From: an uncultured Clostridia bacterium
Lineage (GTDB): Bacteria > Bacillota > Clostridia > Oscillospirales > CAG-272
Reading direction: 5' to 3'
Length of the DNA stretch: 64,000 nt
Assembly: GCA_946407735.1 (NCBI GenBank)
Contig: CAMJPL010000009.1
Coordinates: 14,847 to 78,846 of the forward strand
Numbering within the stretch: position 1 is the stretch's first letter; each line of letters opens with the position of its first letter. This document shows positions 38,477 to 48,043 of this stretch, piece by piece. Below the pieces are notes generated by a model. It made no database searches, was not told where the DNA came from, and saw nothing but the letters and a program-made list of their open reading frames with translations. The translations under genes were made by a program, and so were the position numbers.

Positions 38477-38806
38477 TCAGCCGATCAGCTCTCTCAGCTT
38501 GTCGAGGAAGGCCTCCTCGCCGAAGGTGTTGATCTTGAAGAACATCGCCTGGCTGCCGCCGCTCGTGATGGCCGAAAGATGTATCGCGTCGGATCCGGCC
38601 TGGAAAAGGGTGACGCTGAGGCTGACGCGGTTGCCGCCGATGTAGCTGTACCGCTCGAACACCCGCACCGCGCATCTCGCGCTGCCGGAGTAAAAATCGC
38701 TTTTGTCCTCGAGCGTCGCCGATACGCTGCCTCCGAGTATCCCGTCCTCGATGGTCCGAAGCAGGGTGTCGAAGCTTCCGGTTACTGTCTTTTCGAGCTT
38801 GGCCAT
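38477..38806 (-). CDS. small hypothetical protein
   Basis: ATG at 38806 after GGAGGA. 109 aa and soluble. Resembles a DUF6054-type family from memory only. Confidence 0.55.
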   Translation of the reverse strand: MAKLEKTVTGSFDTLLRTIEDGILGGSVSATLEDKSDFYSGSARCAVRVFERYSYIGGNRVSLSVTLFQAGSDAIHLSAITSGGSQAMFFKINTFGEEAFLDKLRELIG

Positions 38807-38906
38807 TGTGATTCCTCCGTTCAAGGCTTCGCTTTCAACGCTATGCGTTCAAGACTATTTGTTTCTTTTCGCCTTATATGACGTGCGAATCCGGAGGTTT
38901 GTTCCG

Positions 38907-39359
38907 TTATCTTCCGAGTCCCGCCGCGATTATTACGATCAGCGCGACGACGGCGAGCGCGGCGCATATGATGAGCACCGTTTTCGCGATCCTCCGCTTT
39001 TTTTGGCTGCGGCGCATAAGGGCCTCGTTTATCTCGCGCTGGGCCGCCTCGACGTCCGAGGCGTCGGGGGATATCACGACGCGGCGAGGACGGTCGGCTC
39101 CTATCGTCGTGAATACCTTGGTGTCGCCGCTCGGCGGGTTTCCCGGATCGAAGGTCACTGTGTCGCCGCCGTCCGGGACGTGCTCTTCCGGCGTCATACC
39201 CGCCGCCTGACGCAGCTCGCGCTCGATCCGCGCCGCGGCCTCTTGCTTTGTCTCGCGTCTGTATGAGTATGGCGGGGAGCCGCCGCTGTTCTGCGAAAAT
39301 GAGGCGCTTTCTATATTTCTGACCGCCCTGAGCGGTCTTTTGGTTTTCTTTTCGGTCAT
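38907..39359 (-). CDS. hypothetical C-terminally membrane-anchored protein
   Basis: Strong GGAGGG RBS. 150 aa with a single TM at the C-terminus (TVLIICAALAVVALIVIIAAGL). Preferred over the overlapping Arg-rich ORF 38821..39420. Confidence 0.6.
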   Translation of the reverse strand: MTEKKTKRPLRAVRNIESASFSQNSGGSPPYSYRRETKQEAAARIERELRQAAGMTPEEHVPDGGDTVTFDPGNPPSGDTKVFTTIGADRPRRVVISPDASDVEAAQREINEALMRRSQKKRRIAKTVLIICAALAVVALIVIIAAGLGR

Positions 39360-39494
39360 ATACCCTCCGGGGCAAGAATGGTTTATATATTATACCGCGC
39401 GGCGGATCATTAATCAACATACCGCCTTGAAATAATAATGGCTTTTTTTGTTAAGGCGGATATGAGATCTTTGCACAAAAAATCTGCTATCCGC

Positions 39495-39523
39495 TTGACA
39501 GTTTTGGTGCGATATGGTATAAT
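39495..39523 (+). promoter_or_regulatory. consensus promoter with extended -10 (TTGACA-N17-TGgTATAAT) for SBP1
   Basis: TTGACA at 39495..39500, a 17-nt spacer ending in TGg, and TATAAT at 39518..39523. The ATG at 39567 follows GAGAGGG. Confidence 0.7.
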
Positions 39524-39566
39524 ATACCCATCCAGAATATTCATATATCTTCGAGAGGGCAGTAAG

Positions 39567-41081
39567 ATGACAAAAACAAAACGAATCGCGGCGCTCGCGC
39601 TGGGACTGATAATGTCGGGATCGGCGCTGATATCCTGCGGAAATGACGCCGGACAGGCGGCTTCCGTCACTGCGGCGGCGAATGACGCAGCCGTCACCGA
39701 AGCCGAGGTGACGACAGACCCGAACGACCGCTCCGGGTACAAGGACAGCCTGCCGGAGGATCTCGATTTCGGCGGCGATACCGTCACTGTTTATACCATC
39801 GAAGTATCAAGCGGCACCGACTATGTCATCGGCGGGGATGAAATGACCGGCGATATCGTCACCGATACCGTCATCGAGCGCAACCAAAAGGTGGCCGAGC
39901 GCCTCAACATCGATCTGAAATTCATTCCCAACGCCACCTCCTACGATCAGATAGGAAACGCCGTGAACAAGCTGGTCATGGCCGGCGATACCACATACGA
40001 CTACATCTTCGGTCAGCAGTTCGGTCTCGTCGCGCAGGCCACGAAGGGCATATATTACAACGTGCTCGATCTGCCGTATATCGATTTCAGCCAGCCGTGG
40101 TGGTGGAACGACTATATGGACGAGATCTCCATCGGCTCCGACAAGCGCTTCTTCCTCGTCGGCGACTATTTCATCGACTGCCTGCGCTGGAGCGGCGTTC
40201 TGTTCTTCAACAAGGATATGTACCGCAACCTCAAGGGCGATCCCGCCGAGCTTTATCAGCAGGTCTTCGATCAGAAATGGACGCTTGAGAAGATGGCGGC
40301 GCTCGTCTCCGACTGCTACAACGATCTCAACGGCGACTCGATTAAGAACGAACTGGATCAGTACGGCTTCGTTACCTACGTCACATACTCCAGCTCCGAC
40401 CGCTTCGCCTTTGCCACCGACATCCATATGACCGAGCGCGGCGAGGACGGCACCATGACATGGACGATGGGCACCGAGCGCCAGCTCAAGGCCGCCGAGC
40501 TCATCAACAAGGTGTTCTGGAACGACGGTTCATATATCAGCAAGATAGACGTCAACCTCGCCGACCCGATATTCACCGAGGGACGCTCGCTTACTCTCGG
40601 AAACGCCACCCTCAGGACGATGGAGGGAGACGCGATGCGCGCCATGCAGGCCGAGTTCGGAATGATGCCGAACCCGAAGCTCGACGAGCAGCAGGAAAAC
40701 TATCGCTCGCTGGTGCATGACACCGCGATCATGGGCGTCGTGCCGATGAACTGCGCCAGAACCGAGATAGTCGGCGCCACCATCGAGGCGATGTCCGCCG
40801 AGACGTGGAAGTCCCTGATGCCGGCTTACTATGAGACGGCGCTTAAGGTCAAGTATGTCCGTGACGACGCCAGCGCGCAGATGATCGACATCATCCACGA
40901 CTCGATCTCCACCGAGTTCGCGTTCGTCTACTACGCCACACTCAACAACGCCGGACAGATCTACCGCACCCTCGTCACCAACAACTCCAACGACTTCATG
41001 TCGACATGGGCGAAGCTCGAGAAGGGCGCTACAAAGGCTCTCGACAAGCTGAACGCCGCATATCTTGACAACGTCGGCTGA
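39567..41081 (+). CDS. ABC transporter solute-binding lipoprotein (LplA-like large family-1 SBP), paralog 1
   Basis: ORF trimmed to Met44. Lipoprotein signal MTKTKRIAALALGLIMSGSALISC. Shared family motifs are DFGGD, GDIVTD..ERN, FFNK, KWT.E, DLNGD and PAYYETALKVKY. Confidence 0.85.
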   Translation: MTKTKRIAALALGLIMSGSALISCGNDAGQAASVTAAANDAAVTEAEVTTDPNDRSGYKDSLPEDLDFGGDTVTVYTIEVSSGTDYVIGGDEMTGDIVTDTVIERNQKVAERLNIDLKFIPNATSYDQIGNAVNKLVMAGDTTYDYIFGQQFGLVAQATKGIYYNVLDLPYIDFSQPWWWNDYMDEISIGSDKRFFLVGDYFIDCLRWSGVLFFNKDMYRNLKGDPAELYQQVFDQKWTLEKMAALVSDCYNDLNGDSIKNELDQYGFVTYVTYSSSDRFAFATDIHMTERGEDGTMTWTMGTERQLKAAELINKVFWNDGSYISKIDVNLADPIFTEGRSLTLGNATLRTMEGDAMRAMQAEFGMMPNPKLDEQQENYRSLVHDTAIMGVVPMNCARTEIVGATIEAMSAETWKSLMPAYYETALKVKYVRDDASAQMIDIIHDSISTEFAFVYYATLNNAGQIYRTLVTNNSNDFMSTWAKLEKGATKALDKLNAAYLDNVG

Positions 41082-41100
41082 TAAGCCGGACAATATGAAA

Positions 41101-41135
41101 GGAGAGAGGATCATATCCCCTCTCCTTTTTGCGCT
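41101..41135 (+). terminator. intrinsic terminator after SBP1
   Basis: GGAGAGAGGAT-cat-ATCCCCTCTCC (one mismatch) followed by TTTTTGCGCTTTTTG. Confidence 0.8.
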
Positions 41136-41145
41136 TTTTGTTTTT

Positions 41146-42333
41146 TTACGGCGATTTTCTGACGAGCTTCAGCAGATCGTCCCGGGTATTCCGCGCTTCA
41201 CCGCTCACCACGGCTTCGAAAAGCCGTTTTTTTGTCTCTCCGATCTGTGTGCCTGAATATCCCATTTTGGCGAGATCGGAGCCTCGGAGAGCGAGATCAC
41301 CCTCCGAGAGCGGGACGGCTGATCTTATGAGCTCATCGGCGGTTTCAAGCGCCGAGGCTCTTTCGTCCGCCGATATCTCGCCCAGCGCCAGCTTTATGTC
41401 GAACAGTCTCTTTATATCGCCTGAGCCGAGGCGTATAAGGAGCCGGTAGACGGCTTCTCTCCCGCGCGACGGCAGGTCCATGGCTTCGGTCACACGCATG
41501 GCCGTTCCGATATCGGCTCTCGAGCGCTTCAGCCGTCTCAGGACATTTGGTGCCTCGCTGCCGAAGAGCAGGATCAGCCGGGTCAGCGGATCGGGCGGGG
41601 CATATCGAAGCGGCTCTGTCCGCTGTGCCTTCGCTCCGGCGGCGGTCTCTATGATACCGGAGAAGCGGTCGATCACCGACTCGGCGTGATCTCCGGCGGC
41701 TGTCTTGTACAGCTCGTCGGCGATCCTCTCGCGGCTGACGCTGCCGAGCATACAGGCGCACCGCACCGCGGCGTCCGCCGTCTTTTCCTCGATATCGTAC
41801 CCGAGGACCGACGAGAATCGCAGCGCCCGCATGACGCGAAGGCCGTCCTCCGAAAAGCGGGCGTAAGGGTCGCCGACGCACCGTATCAGCCGACGCGATA
41901 TGTCGTCTCGCCCGCCGAACGGATCGGCGGTCTTTTCGGTGTCGGCGTATCCTCCGGCGAGCGGTATCGCCATGGCGTTCACGGTGAAGTCGCGCCGTGC
42001 GAGATCGGATATTATGTCTTTCGTGAAGCTGACGGCGTCGGGATGCCGCCCGTCGCTGTACCCGCCCTCCGAGCGGAAGGTGGTGATCTCGATCTTTTCG
42101 CCGGATATCATCACGGCGACGGTACCGTGCTTCACGCCGTCGAGGATCAGGGTGCGTCCGGGAAAGCAGGCGGCGGTAACGTCCGGCGGCGATGGGACGG
42201 CGATGTCGAAATCATGCGGAGACGCGCCGCGAATGATGTCGCGGACGCAACCGCCGACGAGGTACGCCTGTATTCCGCCGCCGGAAAGCGCTTCGGCGGC
42301 GGTCTTCACCGGCGCGGGAAGAGGATAGAGCAT
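41146..42333 (-). CDS. cca: CCA-adding tRNA nucleotidyltransferase
   Basis: LVGGCVRDIIRG..PHDFDIAV, RDFTVNAMA and a C-terminal HD-less tail. Starts 10 nt after the GH39-like stop. Confidence 0.85.
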   Translation of the reverse strand: MLYPLPAPVKTAAEALSGGGIQAYLVGGCVRDIIRGASPHDFDIAVPSPPDVTAACFPGRTLILDGVKHGTVAVMISGEKIEITTFRSEGGYSDGRHPDAVSFTKDIISDLARRDFTVNAMAIPLAGGYADTEKTADPFGGRDDISRRLIRCVGDPYARFSEDGLRVMRALRFSSVLGYDIEEKTADAAVRCACMLGSVSRERIADELYKTAAGDHAESVIDRFSGIIETAAGAKAQRTEPLRYAPPDPLTRLILLFGSEAPNVLRRLKRSRADIGTAMRVTEAMDLPSRGREAVYRLLIRLGSGDIKRLFDIKLALGEISADERASALETADELIRSAVPLSEGDLALRGSDLAKMGYSGTQIGETKKRLFEAVVSGEARNTRDDLLKLVRKSP

Positions 42334-42343
42334 TTTTTGTAAA

Positions 42344-43711
42344 TCAGGCCTTTTTCAGCTTTATGAGCGCCGTCGAGTAGAGCGGCAGATCGAGTATATG
42401 CCCGCCGCGGCATCCGGTGAAGGTCTCAAACGATGTCAGCTCGAGATCACGGCTGCCGTCCAGCATGAGGTATTCGGCGTCGGTCCCGGCATCGCAGGCG
42501 AAGCCGTCCCACTCGACGCGGACGCGCTGCGTCTCGCCTTCGGCGCCCGAGCCGTCGATGGAGTCGTGATCCTTGTAGTAGGTGATCATTATCGCCGCTT
42601 CGCGGCCGTCTTCGCCGAGAGCCGCGAGCGCCCTTATGTCGGGACAGTCGGAGCCGCTTTTCACTTCGCGGCCGAGGGTCTTCAGAGCGTCGAAGCAGAT
42701 CATCGACCAGTATCCCTTGAGCGGAGCGGCCGTCGTCCTGTCGAACAGGCCGTTCCATGTCGAGGCCTGGCAGGCCTCATAGTACATGAAGTGGTCGAGC
42801 GGCGATTTCTGCGCCTCGATCAGCGACGACGCGATGAAGGCCGAGCCCTTGAGCGAGCGGAGAGCCAGATGCGAGTAGACGATGTCGTCCCCGGTCCAGC
42901 CGCGGACATAGTTCCATTCGTTCAGTATCAGCTCGGCGCCGTTGTACCCGTACGAGTCGAGCAGCTCTCTCGCACGGCGGGCGGTGTCTGAATACATGGA
43001 AGGATCCGTCGTGTAGCAGTGGTATGAGAAGAAGTCTATCGGCGTCGGATCGTCTTTGGCGCGGGTCATGTAGTCGAGCAGCTTGCGGCAGTAGCCGTTC
43101 TCCGACAGATGCGTGACCGCCGGACCGCCGATCTTCAGCTCCGGGAAGCATTTTTTGAGGTGTCTTACCGCCGTGTCGAACAGCGGGAAGAATTCCTCGT
43201 CCGTCCCGTCCCAGCACTGGGGATGAAGATCCGGCTCGTTCCATATCTCCCAGTATTCGATGCCGTAGCTGTGGCCGTCGGCCCAGCCGTAATTCATATG
43301 GCGTATGATATGCTCGCATATCCGCGCCCATTTGGCGTAATCCTTCGGCGGGATCGCTCCGTAGCGCTTCGACTCGTGCTCGATCTTCTGCCCGAGGCGG
43401 TAGAACACCTTCGTGCCGGTGGCGAGGATGTTCTCCATATACTCGTCGGTAAGCCAGAAATCATAGCTCGCGGGATCGTTCTCGTCGGCGTCGAAATCCG
43501 GGAAAATGTTCGATACGTCCACCGAGTGCTCGCCGCCGTAGGCGGTGAAGAAGGCGGCGTCATGGGTGCGCGCCATCGGGAAGTGAGCTTTGGCGTAGAG
43601 ATCGGTGTTGCTCCTTGTGTGCGCTCTTTTGGTGAACGGCCCGTTGCCGACGCTGTTCATCGGTTTGATCGGTCCGATCATTGAGGAAAAATCGGTTTTT
43701 ACAGTGATCAT
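42344..43711 (-). CDS. clan GH-A glycoside hydrolase, GH39-like
   Basis: 455 aa with GAGAGGA RBS. YWEIWNEPDL (acid/base NEP) and the overall TIM-plus-beta-sandwich length resemble GH39. No signal peptide. Confidence 0.6.
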   Translation of the reverse strand: MITVKTDFSSMIGPIKPMNSVGNGPFTKRAHTRSNTDLYAKAHFPMARTHDAAFFTAYGGEHSVDVSNIFPDFDADENDPASYDFWLTDEYMENILATGTKVFYRLGQKIEHESKRYGAIPPKDYAKWARICEHIIRHMNYGWADGHSYGIEYWEIWNEPDLHPQCWDGTDEEFFPLFDTAVRHLKKCFPELKIGGPAVTHLSENGYCRKLLDYMTRAKDDPTPIDFFSYHCYTTDPSMYSDTARRARELLDSYGYNGAELILNEWNYVRGWTGDDIVYSHLALRSLKGSAFIASSLIEAQKSPLDHFMYYEACQASTWNGLFDRTTAAPLKGYWSMICFDALKTLGREVKSGSDCPDIRALAALGEDGREAAIMITYYKDHDSIDGSGAEGETQRVRVEWDGFACDAGTDAEYLMLDGSRDLELTSFETFTGCRGGHILDLPLYSTALIKLKKA

Positions 43712-43751
43712 GATTGCCTGTCCTCTCTTTATATCATCTGTCTGAAATCAT

Positions 43752-45245
43752 TCAGCCGCCGAGCTCTGCCCACGTCGCCGCCATCGCTTCGAGTCCGGTC
43801 TCGATCTGAGGCTTGACGCTGGCATATGTGGAAGCGAAATCGCTGCTGTTTTTCTGAATCGGGGTGAAGAAGATCGTGATCAGATTGCCGCCGAGATAGC
43901 CGTTGTAAGCCAGGAAGAATGACGCGTTTATGTTGTCGTGGATGATATCCAGCATCTGCGCCGACACGTTGTCGCTCGTGTACTTGACCTTGAGCGCGGT
44001 CTCGTAATACGCCGGCATGATCGTCTTCTGCCCTTCGCGGGAGAGCATTTCAAGAGCGGTGCCGATCATGTCATATTTCTTCGATGTGATGGGGACGATG
44101 CCGGTCTCGGTGGTGTCATGCGTGACCGTGACGTATCTTTCCTGTTCCTCGTCCAGCTTCGGGTAGGGAAGTATGCCGACGCCGAAATCGTTTTCGCGCA
44201 GCTGAGAGAAGGTATTCAGGTCGGCGTAGCCGAGGAAGAGGGAAAGCCCGTTATTGAAGTACGGCACCCACATCTCATCGTCGAAGGTCGTGATCGTGCC
44301 GGTATTCCAGAATACCTTGTTCATCGCCTCAAGTGTTTTGGCGGCGCGGGTCTCGTTCAGCACCAGTCTGAGATCGCCGTCGACATACTGAACCCACTGC
44401 AGGTCGCCGCAGAGCATGAACGGCATGCCCGAGCCCCAGTATCCCTGACAGCAGAAGCCGAGCTGGTCGCCCATATTGACCTGCGAGTTGCCGTCGAGAT
44501 CGGAATACGCGCCTTCGATATATGAAGCAAGCGCGTCACAGGTCCATTTTCCGTCGATCACGGTCTTATATATAGCGTCGGGATCGCCGTAGATGTTCTC
44601 CATCATGGTCTTGTTGAAGTACAGCGCGTGAGCCGACTTGATCGCTCCCATGAAGAAGTCGCCGGCCATGATGTACACCTTCTGCCTGTCGACAGACATG
44701 TCGTACATATAGTCGCCCATCCAGTACGGCTGCGTGAAGTCAAGCATGGGATGCTGAGACATGTCTATCGCCATGCCCTCCATCACGACCTGAGCCTCAC
44801 GGTACATATCCTGGATTATAACGTCGTAAAGATCCTCGCCGGACATGATGACCGAGCGCATCTTTTCCAGATTCGTGACGTAGTCCTCGTCGCACGGAGT
44901 GAATTCGATCTTTATGTTCAGGGCTTCCTCGACCTCCATGTTGCGCATGTAGACGGCGTCGTTTACCACTTCGCCGTTTTCCGCGCCGGTTCCGGCGATG
45001 AGATCGTGGGCGTTCGTGGAATCGTAATCGTTTATCGATGACCAGACGCGGAGCTTATCGCCTCCGAAGTCGATATTGTCGAATTTGTCGGATTCCTTTG
45101 TTTCGGCATTCGCTGCCGTATCTGCGCTCCCGGCGGTATCTTCCGCGGTGTTTTCCTCCGCGTCCGCCTCTCCGCCGCATGACGGCAGAATCGCCGAGGC
45201 GGTTATGATCAGGGCGAGAAGGGAGGCTGATATCTGTTTTCTCAA
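43752..45245 (-). CDS. ABC solute-binding lipoprotein, paralog 2
   Basis: TTG start without a good SD. Lipobox AILPSC. Closest by eye to paralog 1 (TIMPAYYETALKVKYTSDNVSAQMLDIIHDNI). Confidence 0.8.
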   Translation of the reverse strand: MRKQISASLLALIITASAILPSCGGEADAEENTAEDTAGSADTAANAETKESDKFDNIDFGGDKLRVWSSINDYDSTNAHDLIAGTGAENGEVVNDAVYMRNMEVEEALNIKIEFTPCDEDYVTNLEKMRSVIMSGEDLYDVIIQDMYREAQVVMEGMAIDMSQHPMLDFTQPYWMGDYMYDMSVDRQKVYIMAGDFFMGAIKSAHALYFNKTMMENIYGDPDAIYKTVIDGKWTCDALASYIEGAYSDLDGNSQVNMGDQLGFCCQGYWGSGMPFMLCGDLQWVQYVDGDLRLVLNETRAAKTLEAMNKVFWNTGTITTFDDEMWVPYFNNGLSLFLGYADLNTFSQLRENDFGVGILPYPKLDEEQERYVTVTHDTTETGIVPITSKKYDMIGTALEMLSREGQKTIMPAYYETALKVKYTSDNVSAQMLDIIHDNINASFFLAYNGYLGGNLITIFFTPIQKNSSDFASTYASVKPQIETGLEAMAATWAELGG

Positions 45246-45292
45246 TTTTTTTAAATAATGTCTCTTGCGTAATTATATCCGGAAAATCGGCG

Positions 45293-45360
45293 CAGGGGAA
45301 GAAACCCGATGTTTTCCCCGGCGTTTTATCGCCGAAATACGGGCTGAGTTTCTTCCCCTG
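45293..45360 (-). other. 68-nt extended stem-loop between the oxidoreductase and SBP2 genes
   Basis: CAGGGGAAGAAAC pairs with GTTTCTTCCCCTG (13 bp). Inside are CCCG/CGGG and a CGGCG-ttttat-CGCCG hairpin. The minus-strand 3' flank CGCCGATTTTCC has only a short U run. Confidence 0.5.
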
Positions 45361-45376
45361 CATGATTTTTCGCTTA

Positions 45377-46444
45377 TTAAATGATATCCACCGCTTTGCC
45401 GGTCCTTGCCGACTCGTAGATGGCGTCGATCATCTTCATGAGGATCACGCCGTCCTCGGCGGGGGCGCGGCAGGGGGCTTTGCCCTCGGCGGCGTCGACG
45501 AAGCCGCGGATCTCGTCGTTGAAGGCGCGGGTGAAGTCGAAGCCGGTGTTGCCCTGCGGCGCTATGTTGATGAAGCGTCCGGCCATATCGGTGTAGATCT
45601 CGAACTTAGGCGAGAAGGAAAGGCCGCCCTTGGTGCCCATGAGCTCGATATTGCCGGTGTCGTGGGCGATGTTCAGGTTGAACGAGGCCTCCATCAGCAT
45701 CGTCAGACCCGAGTCGAAGCGTATCATCGCCGAGGTGAAGTCCTCAACGTCGTACTTGTACTTCGACGCCGCTGTCGACGCCGCCCACGCCTGCTCGCCG
45801 CCGGATGCGCGGTTGTTGCCGAGGTTCTTGTATGTCACGCCGAAGGCCTGTATCGGCTTCGGAAGACCCGAGAGATAGCGCACCAGATCCATGACGTGCA
45901 CGCCGAGATCGATCAGCGGGCCGCCGCCGGAGTAGGCAAGATCGCCGAACCAGCCGCCCGGGAAGCCGCTGCGGCGGAGGTATGTCGCCTTGGCGTAGTA
46001 GATGTCGCCGAGAGCGCCGGCCTTCGAGAAGGCGAGCACGGTGTCGGCGTCCCCGCCGAAGCGGCGGACGAAGCCGACCTGGAGGACCTTGCCGGTCTCC
46101 TTCGCCGTGTCGAGCATCGCCTGAGCCTCGATCGCGTTCATCGCCATCGGCTTCTCGCATATGACGTTGGCACCGCCTTTGAGCGCGGCTATCGTCGCGC
46201 CGCAGTGAGCGGCGTTCCATGTGGTGACGGAGACAAGATCGAGCGTCTCCTTCGCCATCATCTCGTTGTAATCCTCATATACGGCATCAGCCGGGATGCC
46301 GAATTCCTCGGCGTAGCGCTTTGCCTTCGGCAGGTCGATGTCGCAGCAGGCGACTACGTCTACACGGTCGGATAAAGCCTTGTACCCGGCCATGTGGCAG
46401 CGGCTGATGCCGCCGCAGCCTATGATTGCGGCGCGAAGTTTCAT
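45377..46444 (-). CDS. Gfo/Idh/MocA family NAD(P)-dependent oxidoreductase
   Basis: ORF trimmed to Met22 (ATG at 46444) after AAAGGAG. MKLRAAIIGCGGISRCH Rossmann motif and the VICEKPMA motif. Confidence 0.85.
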   Translation of the reverse strand: MKLRAAIIGCGGISRCHMAGYKALSDRVDVVACCDIDLPKAKRYAEEFGIPADAVYEDYNEMMAKETLDLVSVTTWNAAHCGATIAALKGGANVICEKPMAMNAIEAQAMLDTAKETGKVLQVGFVRRFGGDADTVLAFSKAGALGDIYYAKATYLRRSGFPGGWFGDLAYSGGGPLIDLGVHVMDLVRYLSGLPKPIQAFGVTYKNLGNNRASGGEQAWAASTAASKYKYDVEDFTSAMIRFDSGLTMLMEASFNLNIAHDTGNIELMGTKGGLSFSPKFEIYTDMAGRFINIAPQGNTGFDFTRAFNDEIRGFVDAAEGKAPCRAPAEDGVILMKMIDAIYESARTGKAVDII

Positions 46445-46503
46445 GATGTTATGCTCCTTTATGATTATTGTTCTGATTTTATATTGACGATACTGCGTTT
46501 TTC

Positions 46504-47991
46504 TCAATGCATGTACGCTTCGAAAGCCGCGAGGACATCGTTGTAATGCTGGATGTACGACGATTCCTTCTTCGCGTAGGCGGAGGCGTAATCGGTCTTG
46601 TTCGCGACCGCGAGATCCTGCAGAAGGAAGGACGGTCCCTTCCAGTTGTCATAGATGAAGCCGAAATCGAACACGCGGCTGTTCATGATCATGTCGAGCA
46701 TGTCGACCGAGATCTCGTCGCGCGCGCCCTTGAGCTTGAGAACGATGTCGTAGTAGACGGGCTCGACCGTCTTGTAGGTCTCGGCGCAGAGCGCTTCGGT
46801 TATGATGCCGATGTACTCGGGATCCGATACCGCCTTCGATACCGCCATGGCCTCGTGGCAGCCGTTTACCATTGTTTTGTATTCCGGCTGAGCCTCGTCG
46901 AGCTTCGGATACGGGATGAGTCCGTAGTTGTCCGTCATGTCCCTGAAATAGTTGACAGAGTCATAGACGCAGCCGAGGACGAATATCGTTTCGCCCTTCG
47001 AGAACTTATTGCAGTAGAAGCTGTAGTCGGTGCTGCATATCGCGCCCGTGTTGTTGTGCATCAGGTCGCAGAGCTTGGAGAGCATGACCGGCATTTTTTC
47101 GGTATTTCCGACCAGAGTCGGTCTGCCGGTGTCGTCCTTTGCCATGACGGGGTTGTCGAACGCCCACTGGAAGGCGGCTATATGCGTGCCGCCGGAGCGG
47201 ATGGTGATCCCGTAGAAATCGTCGTTGTCGCGCTTGCTGTTTCCGTTCAAATCGGTATAAACGTCGTTTACCGTTTCGGCCAGCCTGTCTATCGTCCACT
47301 GACCGTTGTTCACGGTTTCGTACAGATCGGGGATGCCGTACGATTCGGCGAGACGCTTGTTGAAGAACATGCAGAAGGTGACGGCTTCGGTCGACATGGC
47401 GTAGCTGCCCATCGCCAGCAGGGCGACGTTGTTGTATGTCAGATCGTTTATGTTGCTGGGCGACCACCACGGCTTCTCGAAATCGACATACGGGATATCG
47501 TACCAGTTGAGCACGATGTCGTTCGTGACGATGCCGGAGACCGTGACGACGTGCATCGAGATCAGATCGACGGCGTCCTCGCCGGCGAGCGTGCTTTTGG
47601 AGACAAACGACGCGGCCGCGTTCATGTCCTTGGAAACGTCGATCTGCATGTCGACGTTGAAACGGTCCTCTATCACTATGTTGCGCTGATAGAGCGTGTC
47701 GTTCATTATGTCGCCGTTCTCTTCTTCGGCCGCGAAATAGACGACCTGATTTTCGTTGTGGCCGAGGATGTAGAACCTGCGCCCGCCGTAATCCTTTTCC
47801 GGCAGACCGTCGCTTAAGGCGGCTCTCCCCTCGAACACGTCGGTTTCAGCGGGCTCCGCCGTGGTCTCCTGTACGGCCGTATCAGCCACCGCGGTGGGCG
47901 CGATCTCTTCAGAGGCTTCGCCGCAGGCTGTCGCCGAGGCGGATATGATGACCGCCAGCAGAAGACCTGCCGCGGTAAGCTTTTTTTTCAT
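46504..47991 (-). CDS. ABC solute-binding lipoprotein, paralog 3
   Basis: AAGGAG RBS. Lipobox SATAC. Family motifs DYGGRRF, GDIMNDTLYQRN, FFNK, GQWTIDR, DLNGNS and YYDIVLKLK. Confidence 0.85.
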   Translation of the reverse strand: MKKKLTAAGLLLAVIISASATACGEASEEIAPTAVADTAVQETTAEPAETDVFEGRAALSDGLPEKDYGGRRFYILGHNENQVVYFAAEEENGDIMNDTLYQRNIVIEDRFNVDMQIDVSKDMNAAASFVSKSTLAGEDAVDLISMHVVTVSGIVTNDIVLNWYDIPYVDFEKPWWSPSNINDLTYNNVALLAMGSYAMSTEAVTFCMFFNKRLAESYGIPDLYETVNNGQWTIDRLAETVNDVYTDLNGNSKRDNDDFYGITIRSGGTHIAAFQWAFDNPVMAKDDTGRPTLVGNTEKMPVMLSKLCDLMHNNTGAICSTDYSFYCNKFSKGETIFVLGCVYDSVNYFRDMTDNYGLIPYPKLDEAQPEYKTMVNGCHEAMAVSKAVSDPEYIGIITEALCAETYKTVEPVYYDIVLKLKGARDEISVDMLDMIMNSRVFDFGFIYDNWKGPSFLLQDLAVANKTDYASAYAKKESSYIQHYNDVLAAFEAYMH

Positions 47992-48043
47992 GACGCTGGG
48001 CTCCTTATATATGAGTTTTTATATGGGATTCGTTTTTCCGCCG

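Noticed and set aside
38821-39420. 199-aa ORF overlapping 38907..39359 on the same strand in another frame.
   Set aside because: It is extremely Arg-rich, with no RBS. The alternative frame has a strong GGAGGG RBS and a credible TM anchor.
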